Origin: Candidatus Saccharimonadota bacterium
GTDB taxonomy: Bacteria; Pseudomonadota; Gammaproteobacteria; Enterobacterales; Enterobacteriaceae
Length of the DNA stretch: 32,000 nucleotides
Reading direction: 5' to 3'
Assembly: GCF_017656055.1 (NCBI RefSeq)
Contig: NZ_CP069383.1
Coordinates: forward strand, 1 to 32,000
Under the pieces are notes generated by a model. It did no database searches and was not told the DNA's origin. It worked only from the letters and a program-made list of their open reading frames with translations. Numbering within the stretch: the stretch's first letter is position 1; the number at the start of each line of letters is the position of its first letter. The translations under genes were made by a program, and so were the position numbers. Of the stretch, positions 10,386-18,630 are shown one piece after another.

Positions 10386-11084
10386 ATGTTTAAAATATTA
10401 TATGAAGATAAAGAAATTATTATTATAGATAAAAGTTATAATTTAATTGTAAATAGAATTAATAATAAAATAAATTTAATAAGTATATTAAATGACTATT
10501 GTCCTAATTTATATAAAATATATAATAACGGTTTATTACATAGAATAGATAAAGATACTACAGGATTATTAATAATTTCAAAAAGTAATTTTTTTTATAA
10601 AAAGATACATTTAGATTTTTTAAATAAAAATAATATTAAAGAATATATTGCATTAGTTTCTGGTGATTTAATTACGGGTGGAAAAATAAATATTGGTATA
10701 ATTAGAGATAAAAAAAAAAAATTATGTATGACATTTTCTAAAAATGAAAAAAAATCTATTACTCATTATAGGATAATAAAAAGATTTAAATTATTTACGT
10801 TAATAAGATTAAATATAGAAACAGGAAGAACACATCAAATTAGAGTTCATATGAAATATATAAATCATCCTATAATAGGAGATTATAAATATGGTAAAAA
10901 TATTTCTATATTTGATAAAATACATAATTTTTTAAATAAAAATAATATATTTATTAATAGATATTTATTACATTCTAATAGATTAACAATTAAACATCCT
11001 ACAAAAAATATATTTATGACATGGAAATCAGAAATTCCTAATGATATTATTAGTTTTATATATAAAGTTAATGAAATATTATGA
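10386..11084 (+). CDS. rluD: 23S rRNA pseudouridine synthase of the RluD type, lacking the N-terminal S4 domain.
   Basis: ILYEDKEIIIIDK, LLHRIDKDTTGLLIISK, EYIALVSGDLITGGKINIGI, THYRIIKRF, ETGRTHQIRVHMKYINHPIIGDYKYG and LHSNRLTIKHP align along the E. coli RluD catalytic domain. The product is 232 aa against 326. The TGA stop lies inside an ATGA overlap with aroK. Confidence 0.8.
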   Translation: MFKILYEDKEIIIIDKSYNLIVNRINNKINLISILNDYCPNLYKIYNNGLLHRIDKDTTGLLIISKSNFFYKKIHLDFLNKNNIKEYIALVSGDLITGGKINIGIIRDKKKKLCMTFSKNEKKSITHYRIIKRFKLFTLIRLNIETGRTHQIRVHMKYINHPIIGDYKYGKNISIFDKIHNFLNKNNIFINRYLLHSNRLTIKHPTKNIFMTWKSEIPNDIISFIYKVNEIL

Positions 11085-11605
11085 ATTATAAGAAAATATT
11101 TTTAATAGGTCCAATGGGATCTGGTAAAACAACTATAGGTAAAATTTTATCTAATAAAATAAATTTTAATTTTTTTGATTCTGATGATGAAATAATTAAA
11201 AAAATGAATAAAAGTATAAATAATATATTTAATATACATGGTGAATTATATTTTAGAAATATAGAAAAAGAAATTATAAAATATATATATTATAATAATA
11301 ATAATATAGTATTATCTACTGGTGGAGGATCTATTGAAGATAAGGAAAATAGAAAAATTTTTAAAAAAGGTTTAACTATATTTTTAAATGTTAATATAAA
11401 TAATCAAATTAATAGAATAAGTAATAATATTAATAGACCTTTATTAAGTAATAATGAAAAAGATAATATAGATATATTATATGATATTTATAAAAGAAGA
11501 ATAAATTATTATATAAATTCTTCTAATATAATAATAAATACAGATAATTTAAGTATAAATACTATAATAAAATATATTATTAAAATAATAAATAAAATAA
11601 AATAA
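11081..11605 (+). CDS. aroK: Shikimate kinase.
   Basis: IFLIGPMGSGKTTIGKILS is the P-loop. Other matches are FFDSDDEI, FRNIEKEII and LSTGGGS. The product is 174 aa and is followed by aroB, as in the E. coli aroK-aroB operon. Confidence 0.9.
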   Translation: MNYKKIFLIGPMGSGKTTIGKILSNKINFNFFDSDDEIIKKMNKSINNIFNIHGELYFRNIEKEIIKYIYYNNNNIVLSTGGGSIEDKENRKIFKKGLTIFLNVNINNQINRISNNINRPLLSNNEKDNIDILYDIYKRRINYYINSSNIIINTDNLSINTIIKYIIKIINKIK

Positions 11606-11623
11606 TAAAATAATAATAAAGAA

Positions 11624-12715
11624 ATGTATGAATTAAATATATCATTACAAAATAGTAATTATCATATAAAAATAGGATTTAATATATTAGAAAGTATTAT
11701 AAGTAAGTTATATAATTATTTTGATATAAAAAATAAATTTATAATTATTACAAATAATGTATTATATAAATTATATTTTAGGAATATAGAAAAAATATTT
11801 AAAAAATATCATTTACTTATTGATTATATAGTTATAGAAGATGGTGAAAAAAATAAGTCGTTATTTACTTCTAATAATATATTTACTTATTTATTACATA
11901 AAAATTACAACAGAAACATAATTTTAGTATCATTAGGAGGAGGGGTTATAGGAGATATAACTGGATTTGTATCTTCTATATATCAAAGAGGTGTTAAATA
12001 TATACATATACCTACAACTTTATTATCTCAAGTTGATTCATCTATTGGAGGTAAAACAGGAGTTAATCATCCATTAGGAAAAAATATGATAGGTAGTTTT
12101 TATCAACCATCTTTAGTAATAATAGATACATTATTTTTAAAAACACTTCCTAATAGAGAATATATTTCTGGATTTTCAGAAATAATAAAATATGGGATTA
12201 TAAAAGATAATTCTTTTTTTTGTTGGTTAGAAAATAATTATAAAAAGTTATTAAATTTAGATTTAGATATTATTAGTGAATGTATATATAAAAGTTGTTT
12301 AATAAAATCTAATATAATTTCATTAGATGAAAAAGAAACAAAAAATTTAAGATCATTATTGAATTTAGGTCATACTTATGGTCATGCAATAGAATCTTTT
12401 TTAGGTTATGGTAATTTATTACATGGTGAAGCTATATCTATAGGAATAATAATGGCTAGTAATTTATCTTTTATTACTAAAAATATATCTTATGAAGTTT
12501 TAGAAAGAATAATAAATATAATGAAAATGTTTAATATAAATACAGAAAGACCTAGTAATATGGAGTATCAGGATTATATTTTTTATATGAAAAAAGATAA
12601 AAAAAATTCTAATAGTGGTATTAATATAGTTGTACCTACTAACATTGGAGAATCTAAGATATTATTTAATGTTTCTGAAAGTTTAATAAAAAATTCAATA
12701 TATTATAATAAATAA
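11624..12715 (+). CDS. aroB: 3-dehydroquinate synthase.
   Basis: EDGEKNKSL, LGGGVIGDITGFVSSIYQRGVKYIHIPTTLLSQVDSSIGGKTGVNHPLGKNMIGSFYQP and LNLGHTYGHAIE..LLHGEAISIG are canonical AroB motifs. The product is 363 aa. Confidence 0.95.
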   Translation: MYELNISLQNSNYHIKIGFNILESIISKLYNYFDIKNKFIIITNNVLYKLYFRNIEKIFKKYHLLIDYIVIEDGEKNKSLFTSNNIFTYLLHKNYNRNIILVSLGGGVIGDITGFVSSIYQRGVKYIHIPTTLLSQVDSSIGGKTGVNHPLGKNMIGSFYQPSLVIIDTLFLKTLPNREYISGFSEIIKYGIIKDNSFFCWLENNYKKLLNLDLDIISECIYKSCLIKSNIISLDEKETKNLRSLLNLGHTYGHAIESFLGYGNLLHGEAISIGIIMASNLSFITKNISYEVLERIINIMKMFNINTERPSNMEYQDYIFYMKKDKKNSNSGINIVVPTNIGESKILFNVSESLIKNSIYYNK

Positions 12716-12727
12716 ATAATTTTTTTT

Positions 12728-12773
12728 ATAAATATTAAATATATTTTATTATATTTAATATTTATTTTTTTTT
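12728..12773 (+). terminator. Candidate intrinsic terminator after aroB, made of an all-A/U stem and a U tract.
   Basis: A perfect 16-bp inverted repeat pairs ataaatattaaatata (12728-12743) with tatatttaatatttat (12750-12765), with the 6-nt loop ttttat between them. T8 (12766-12773) follows directly. It starts 13 nt after the aroB stop. The stem has no G-C pairs, so stability is doubtful. Confidence 0.35.
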
Positions 12774-13404
12774 ATTTTAATAATAACCAATTATTTATAT
12801 TTAAATATATTTTATTTTTATTATTTTGATTTAATTCTATTTTTATAGGCATTGGAGGAATTATATTATTTAAATATTTATGATATTTTATATTTAATTT
12901 GTTTGAATTATGTGTAAAATATACTTCTTTTAAATATCCTAATTTATTATCATATATAAATTTTTTTGCATTACCTGGTAATCCTATTAACCATGAATTT
13001 ATATTTTCTATAGGTATGTTTTTTATAAAATATTCTTCAAAAAAATTATTTTTATTAAATATTGTATTTTTATTCTTTATATTATTATAAGAGAATATAA
13101 AATCTATTAATTTTATTCCAAAGTATGTATATGCTTTAAATTTAAATTTATTTGTATTTATATTATATAAATAAAATTTTATAAAAAATTTATTTATTCC
13201 AGATTTATATGTTATTATTCCATTAACTTTAAATTTTTTTATTTTATATAACATATTTTTATGATAATTCCATTTATTTATATTATTTGTTTTTATATTT
13301 ATATTATTTTTTAAATTTTCTGAATTAGTTATGTATATTATATTTATATAATTACTTAAAGTTATTATTGAAAATATTAATATATTTTTTAATAAGTTTA
13401 TCAT
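12772..13404 (-). CDS. lolB: Outer-membrane lipoprotein receptor LolB homologue, with no cysteine.
   Basis: The product is 210 aa against 207. IPIENINSWLIGLPGNAKKFIYDNK aligns with [27 protein letters not shown]. The C-terminus PMPIKIELNQNNKNKIYLNINNWLLLK aligns with [24 protein letters not shown]. The gene is divergent from prfA, as lolB is from hemA-prfA in E. coli. Confidence 0.7.
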   Translation of the reverse strand: MINLLKNILIFSIITLSNYINIIYITNSENLKNNINIKTNNINKWNYHKNMLYKIKKFKVNGIITYKSGINKFFIKFYLYNINTNKFKFKAYTYFGIKLIDFIFSYNNIKNKNTIFNKNNFFEEYFIKNIPIENINSWLIGLPGNAKKFIYDNKLGYLKEVYFTHNSNKLNIKYHKYLNNIIPPMPIKIELNQNNKNKIYLNINNWLLLK

Positions 13405-13500
13405 AATATAAATTTATTTATTTATTTATTATATATAAAAAAATTAATTGTAATATAATATTATATATTAAAAATAATAAAAATATATTTTTTTTTAAAA

Positions 13501-14604
13501 ATGAATTTAAATAAATTATTTTTTTTTTTAAATAAGATAAATAATATTATTTTAAATATAGAATTTGAAATTAAAAATAATATATTAAATAAAAAATATA
13601 TAAATATACTAAATAAAAAATATATTTATTTTAAATATATATATAATATATTAAATGATTTAAATGATGTATATAATAATATTATTTTTTTAAAAAATGA
13701 GATTGATAATAATACAGACATTAAAGAGTTAGCTCTAGAAGAAATAAAGATATTTAATAAATTAAAAGATAGTTTAATATTTAAGTTATCTAATTTTATT
13801 TACTATAAAAATGAAAAAATTATTGATGATAATAATGAAATAATTGGTTGTTTTTTAGAAATTAGATCAGGAACAGGAGGTGATGAAGCTTCATTATTTT
13901 CTGAAATTTTATTTAAAATGTATACTAAATATATATCTAGATATTTTAATAATATTTCTATAATAAATAAAATAATAAATACATATGGTGGTATTAAAGA
14001 AGTTATAATTAAAATAAATAATGTTACAGCATTTGAAAAATTAAAGTTTGAATCTGGTGGTCATAGAGTTCAAAGAATACCATTCAATGAATCTAAAGGA
14101 AAAATTCATACTTCTACATGTACTGTTGGAGTAATACCAATTTTTAAAAAATATAATAATATTATAAATATTAAAGATTTAAGAATAGATACTTTTAGAT
14201 CTTCTGGTGCAGGTGGTCAACATGTTAATACAACAAATTCAGCTATAAGAATTGTTCATATTCCTACTAATATAACTATAGAATGTCAAGATGAGAGATC
14301 TCAGCATCAAAATAAAGAAAAAGCTATGGAAATTTTGAAATATAAATTAAAAATATTAGAAATTAATAATGAAAGAAATAAATATTCTAATATTAGAAAA
14401 AAATTATTAGGAACTGGATATAGAAATGATAGAATAAGAACATATAATTTTGTAAAAAATAGAATAATTGATCATAGATTATTAATTAAATTTAATAATA
14501 TAGATAATATTTTAGATGGAAATTTAGATTTATTAATTAATAATATTAATTTAAAATATATATTAAATAATATAAATTCAATTATTGATAGTAATGTATT
14601 ATAG
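13501..14604 (+). CDS. prfA: Peptide chain release factor 1.
   Basis: Matches include EIRSGTGGDEASLF, ESGGHRVQRIP..ES.G.IHTS and SSGAGGQHVNTTNSAIRIVHIPTNITIECQDERSQHQNKEKA, which contains the GGQ motif. The product is 367 aa and is followed by prmC, as in E. coli. Confidence 0.95.
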   Translation: MNLNKLFFFLNKINNIILNIEFEIKNNILNKKYINILNKKYIYFKYIYNILNDLNDVYNNIIFLKNEIDNNTDIKELALEEIKIFNKLKDSLIFKLSNFIYYKNEKIIDDNNEIIGCFLEIRSGTGGDEASLFSEILFKMYTKYISRYFNNISIINKIINTYGGIKEVIIKINNVTAFEKLKFESGGHRVQRIPFNESKGKIHTSTCTVGVIPIFKKYNNIINIKDLRIDTFRSSGAGGQHVNTTNSAIRIVHIPTNITIECQDERSQHQNKEKAMEILKYKLKILEINNERNKYSNIRKKLLGTGYRNDRIRTYNFVKNRIIDHRLLIKFNNIDNILDGNLDLLINNINLKYILNNINSIIDSNVL

Positions 14605-15445
14605 AGAATGGTTATTTTTTTTTTTTTATAAAAATATAAATTTTTTTAGAATAAAAAATATAAATATAAATTATATAGATAATTTTGTATGTAAAAATTT
14701 ATTATATTATAAATTTAAAAACAAAAATAAAATATATTTAGATTTTTTTTTAAGTTATAAAGATTTATTTTTATTAAATAATTTTTTATTAAAAATATTA
14801 AATTATGAAAATATAGAATATATTAATAAATATACTTATTTTTATGGATTAAAAATATTTATAAATAATAAAGTTTTTGTTCCTAGAATTGAAACTGAAT
14901 GTTTAATAGATTTTATTTTAAATTATATAAAAAACAATAGATTTTATAAAATTTTGGATTTAGGATCAGGTTCTGGAAATATATCATTAGTTTTATCAAA
15001 ATTAATAGAAAAATCAAAAGTATTAGGAATAGATATTAATTTAGATTCTATATTATTATCTAAAATTAATAAAAATAGATTGAATATTAATAATGTTAAT
15101 TTTAAATTAAATAATTGGTACTATTTTAGTAGTAATTATTTATATGATATTATTATATCAAATCCACCTTATATAAATATTAATGATTTTAATTATATTA
15201 ATAATAATATTTTATATGAAAATTTTAATTCTATATTCTCAAAAAATAATGGATTATATGATATTTATTATATAATAAATAATTTTAGTAAATTTTTAAA
15301 ATCAAATGGTTTATTAATATTAGAGCATTTTAATAATCATAAAAAAATAAAATATATATTTAAAAAAACTAAAAAATTTAAAAAAATATATTCTTTAAAA
15401 GATTTTAATAATATATATAGGTTTACATTTGGAATAAAATATTAA
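14594..15445 (+). CDS. prmC: Release-factor glutamine N5-methyltransferase (HemK).
   Basis: VFVPRIETECLIDFIL, ILDLGSGSGNISLVLS and IISNPPYI (the NPPY motif) are present. MYYREWL aligns with the E. coli start MEYQHWL, so I prefer the ATG at 14594. The ORF track's alternative ATG is at 14585. The gene overlaps prfA by 11 nt, or by 20 nt with the alternative start. Confidence 0.88.
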   Translation: MYYREWLFFFFYKNINFFRIKNININYIDNFVCKNLLYYKFKNKNKIYLDFFLSYKDLFLLNNFLLKILNYENIEYINKYTYFYGLKIFINNKVFVPRIETECLIDFILNYIKNNRFYKILDLGSGSGNISLVLSKLIEKSKVLGIDINLDSILLSKINKNRLNINNVNFKLNNWYYFSSNYLYDIIISNPPYININDFNYINNNILYENFNSIFSKNNGLYDIYYIINNFSKFLKSNGLLILEHFNNHKKIKYIFKKTKKFKKIYSLKDFNNIYRFTFGIKY

Positions 15446-15449
15446 TTAT

Positions 15450-17120
15450 TTATATATTTGTTATATCTAATAAATTATTTGTTTTAGGAAATGCAATTAC
15501 ATTCTTTATATCTTTTTCATTAGTCAATAACATCATTATTCTGTCTAAACCAAATGCTATTCCATTATGTTTAGGAGTACCATATTTTAATGATTCTAAA
15601 AAAAATCCAAATTCTTTTTTTTGTTTATTAATATTTATTTTTAATGTGTTAAAAATAATTTTTTGTAATTTGTGATCATTTATTCTTTCAGTTCCACTAG
15701 CAATTTCTATTCCATTTATAACTAAATCATATGATTTAGAATAAATATTTAATGGATTTTTTATTATATTATTTTCTATATCTTCCTTTTTTATAATAGG
15801 CATTGTAAATGGATGATTTACACATTTTAATTTTTCTTTATTTATTTCAAACATAGGAAAATTTAATACCCATATTGGATTAATATCATTATTATTAATA
15901 TTTGTGTTTTCCCATATTATATTTCTTAATTCATTTATATAATATATGATATTTTTGTCTTTTGTTATAAAATATATATCTGAATTTATTTTATTATTTT
16001 TAATTTTATTTAATTTATTAAGTATTTCTTTTTTTTCTATATTAGTATAATTATTTTTTATTTTTTTTATTATTATATTTAATAAGTCTTCAAATTTTAT
16101 AAAATTATATTTTATTATTTTTTTTATTTTATTTTTTATATAACAACAATGATTATTTAATATATTTATAAAAAATAAATTTTCTTCTTCATTTATTTTG
16201 TTATATATATCATCTTTTATATTATATAATGTTAAATAATTATTAATATTTGGTTTATCTGTTCCATACATTCTAATAGAGTCTTTATATTTTATATATT
16301 TGAAATTATTTATTTTTACATTATTTATTTTATTCCATATATATTTTATTAATTTTTCTGATATTTTTAATATAAAATTATTATCTACTATTGAAGATTC
16401 TATATCTAGTTGTGTAAATTCAGGTTGTCTATTTGATCTTATATCTTCATCTCTAAAACATTTTGATATTTGATAGTATTTATTAAATCCTGATATAATT
16501 AAAAGTTGTTTAAATATTTGAGGAGATTGTGATAATGAATATTTTTTATATTTTTTATATGTGTTACTTATTATATTAAAATTTTTTGATCCTTCAGATA
16601 TATTTTTTGATATTATAGGAGTTTCTATATTTATAAATTCATTTTTATTCATAAATTTATTTATTAAGAATAATAATTCTGATCTTTTTAATATATTATT
16701 GAATAAATTTTTATTTTGTCTAAAATATAAATATCTATATTTTATTTTATTTATATCTGAAAAATTTTTATTAATATTTATTGGTAATTTTTTTGATTTA
16801 TTTATTAAAAATATATTACAAGCTATTATTTCATATTCATTTTCATTTGAATTTGGTTTTTTTATTTTTTTGTTTTTAACTATTCCTATTATTTCTAATA
16901 AATAATAAATTTTATATTTTTTAATAGTATTTATTTTTTTTTTATCAAAAAAATTATTAGTTATTACTATTTGTATATTTCCATAATTATCTTTTAAATT
17001 TATAAATATTATATTACTTTTTTTAAAAAAATTTATATTATTTATCCAACCTTTTATTTTTATTTTTTTATTTATATATAAATTTAAATTTTTAATATTA
17101 TTAATAATATTTTTTTTCAT
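15450..17120 (-). CDS. aspS: Aspartate--tRNA ligase.
   Basis: Matches include KYRYLYFRQ, FINIETPIISK, SQSPQIFKQLLIISGFNKYYQISKCFRDEDIRSNRQPEFTQLDIE, NHPFTMP, YDLVINGIEIASGTERI and KYGTPKHNGIAFGLDRIMMLLT..IKNVIAFPKT. The product is 556 aa. Confidence 0.95.
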   Translation of the reverse strand: MKKNIINNIKNLNLYINKKIKIKGWINNINFFKKSNIIFINLKDNYGNIQIVITNNFFDKKKINTIKKYKIYYLLEIIGIVKNKKIKKPNSNENEYEIIACNIFLINKSKKLPININKNFSDINKIKYRYLYFRQNKNLFNNILKRSELLFLINKFMNKNEFINIETPIISKNISEGSKNFNIISNTYKKYKKYSLSQSPQIFKQLLIISGFNKYYQISKCFRDEDIRSNRQPEFTQLDIESSIVDNNFILKISEKLIKYIWNKINNVKINNFKYIKYKDSIRMYGTDKPNINNYLTLYNIKDDIYNKINEEENLFFINILNNHCCYIKNKIKKIIKYNFIKFEDLLNIIIKKIKNNYTNIEKKEILNKLNKIKNNKINSDIYFITKDKNIIYYINELRNIIWENTNINNNDINPIWVLNFPMFEINKEKLKCVNHPFTMPIIKKEDIENNIIKNPLNIYSKSYDLVINGIEIASGTERINDHKLQKIIFNTLKININKQKKEFGFFLESLKYGTPKHNGIAFGLDRIMMLLTNEKDIKNVIAFPKTNNLLDITNI

Positions 17121-17812
17121 TAATTTTTATGTTTTTTTTTTAATATATTTAGTATTTTTTTTGCAGCATTTTGTTCTGCTGTTTGTTTATTTATACCATA
17201 TCCATATTCTGATATAGATAAATGGTTTATTTTACATAATATAACAAAATTATATTTATTTATTTTTTTTTTTATTTCTAAAATTTTATATATTGGTAAA
17301 GAAATTTTATAATTTTGTAAATAATTTTGTAATTCTGATTTAAAATTTTTATTATTTTTTATTATTTTTTTTATATTATTGAAATAATAATAATATATTT
17401 TTTTTATAAATTTTTCTATAATATATATATTTTTACTATCTAAAAATATAGCACCTATAATAGCTTCCAAAACATTTTCTAATATTGAATTTTCTATTTT
17501 AGTATTTTTTTTTTCTGATATTATTATAAAATAATTTATTTTTAATTTTTTTGCAATTTTAGATAGTGTGCTTGATTTAACTAATATAGATCTTAAATTA
17601 CTTATTTCACCTTCATTTAAATTAGTATATTTTTTATAAATTATTTTGGTTATTATAAAATTTAATATAGAGTCTCCTAGTAATTCTAATTTTTCATTGT
17701 TTATTTTACTAAAACTTTTATGAGTTATAGATTTTAATATTAAATTTTTGTTTTTGAAATTATATTTTATAATTTTTTTTTCTAATATATATATTTTTGT
17801 AAATATATCCAT
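17120..17812 (-). CDS. rnc: Ribonuclease III.
   Basis: SITHKSF...NEKLELLGDSILNFII is the RNase III signature. ILENVLEAIIGAIFLD is also present, and the C-terminal dsRBD tail reads GINKQTAEQNAAKKILN. The product is 230 aa and follows lepA-lepB, as in E. coli. Confidence 0.92.
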   Translation of the reverse strand: MDIFTKIYILEKKIIKYNFKNKNLILKSITHKSFSKINNEKLELLGDSILNFIITKIIYKKYTNLNEGEISNLRSILVKSSTLSKIAKKLKINYFIIISEKKNTKIENSILENVLEAIIGAIFLDSKNIYIIEKFIKKIYYYYFNNIKKIIKNNKNFKSELQNYLQNYKISLPIYKILEIKKKINKYNFVILCKINHLSISEYGYGINKQTAEQNAAKKILNILKKKHKN

Positions 17813-18630
17813 ATTATATTAATAATTTTATTTAAATTTTTTATTATTTTTATATATTCTAATTTTAAATTTATTATTTTAAATATAACTTTTCCTATTA
17901 TTAATTTTTTATTAACAAAACCCCAATATCTACTATCAAAACTATTATCTCTATTATCACCTAATACAAAATAGTAATTTTTAGGTATTTTATATTTTAT
18001 TATATTTTTTATTTTTATATCATTATCTATTAATATATTATTTATTTTTCCATCTATATTTTCTTTTACTATATATAAGTTTTCTATATTTTTTATGTTA
18101 TTTATTTTTAATATATTTTTATTTTTTATAAAATCTTTTAATTTTTTTATACTTAAATAATTAATATAAATTTTTTTATTGTTAATAAAATTTATTTTTT
18201 TTTCTTTGTTATTATATAATATAATATCGTTAGGTATACCTATAATTCTTTTAATGTAATTAATTTTATTATTATATGGAAATTTAAATATAATTAAATC
18301 GTTTCTTTTTATATTTATTTTATTAAAAAAATTTTTTTTTTTAACTAATATTAAATCTCCTATATTAATATTTGGAAACATTGAATTGGATGGAATATAA
18401 TATATTTCGTAAAAAAATATTTTAATAATAATTAAAATTAATGAATATATATATATATACATATATTTTCTTATAAAATTTAGTATTCTTAAAGATAATG
18501 TATTATTATTATTATTTTTTTTATAAAAATATATTATATTATATATAATATAATAAATTATTGATAATATACTTATTATTGTTGATATTATAAATATATA
18601 TTTATTTATATTTAATATTAAATTAATCAT
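17782..18630 (-). CDS. lepB: Signal peptidase I.
   Basis: IPSNSMFPNINIGDLILV carries the catalytic Ser box, and YIKRIIGIPND carries the Lys box. YFVLGDNRDNSFDSRYWGFV is also present, and there are two N-terminal hydrophobic segments. The product is 282 aa. Confidence 0.92.
   Translation of the reverse strand: MINLILNINKYIFIISTIISILSIIYYIIYNIIYFYKKNNNNNTLSLRILNFIRKYMYIYIYSLILIIIKIFFYEIYYIPSNSMFPNINIGDLILVKKKNFFNKINIKRNDLIIFKFPYNNKINYIKRIIGIPNDIILYNNKEKKINFINNKKIYINYLSIKKLKDFIKNKNILKINNIKNIENLYIVKENIDGKINNILIDNDIKIKNIIKYKIPKNYYFVLGDNRDNSFDSRYWGFVNKKLIIGKVIFKIINLKLEYIKIIKNLNKIINIIWIYLQKYIY

Noticed and set aside
13405-13500. A perfect TATAAT (13454-13459) and a TTGTAA (13448-13453) lie in the divergent lolB/prfA gap and could be promoters.
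   Set aside because: The two hexamers are adjacent rather than 16-18 bp apart. TATAAT-like hexamers occur constantly in this composition, so no specific promoter call is justified.
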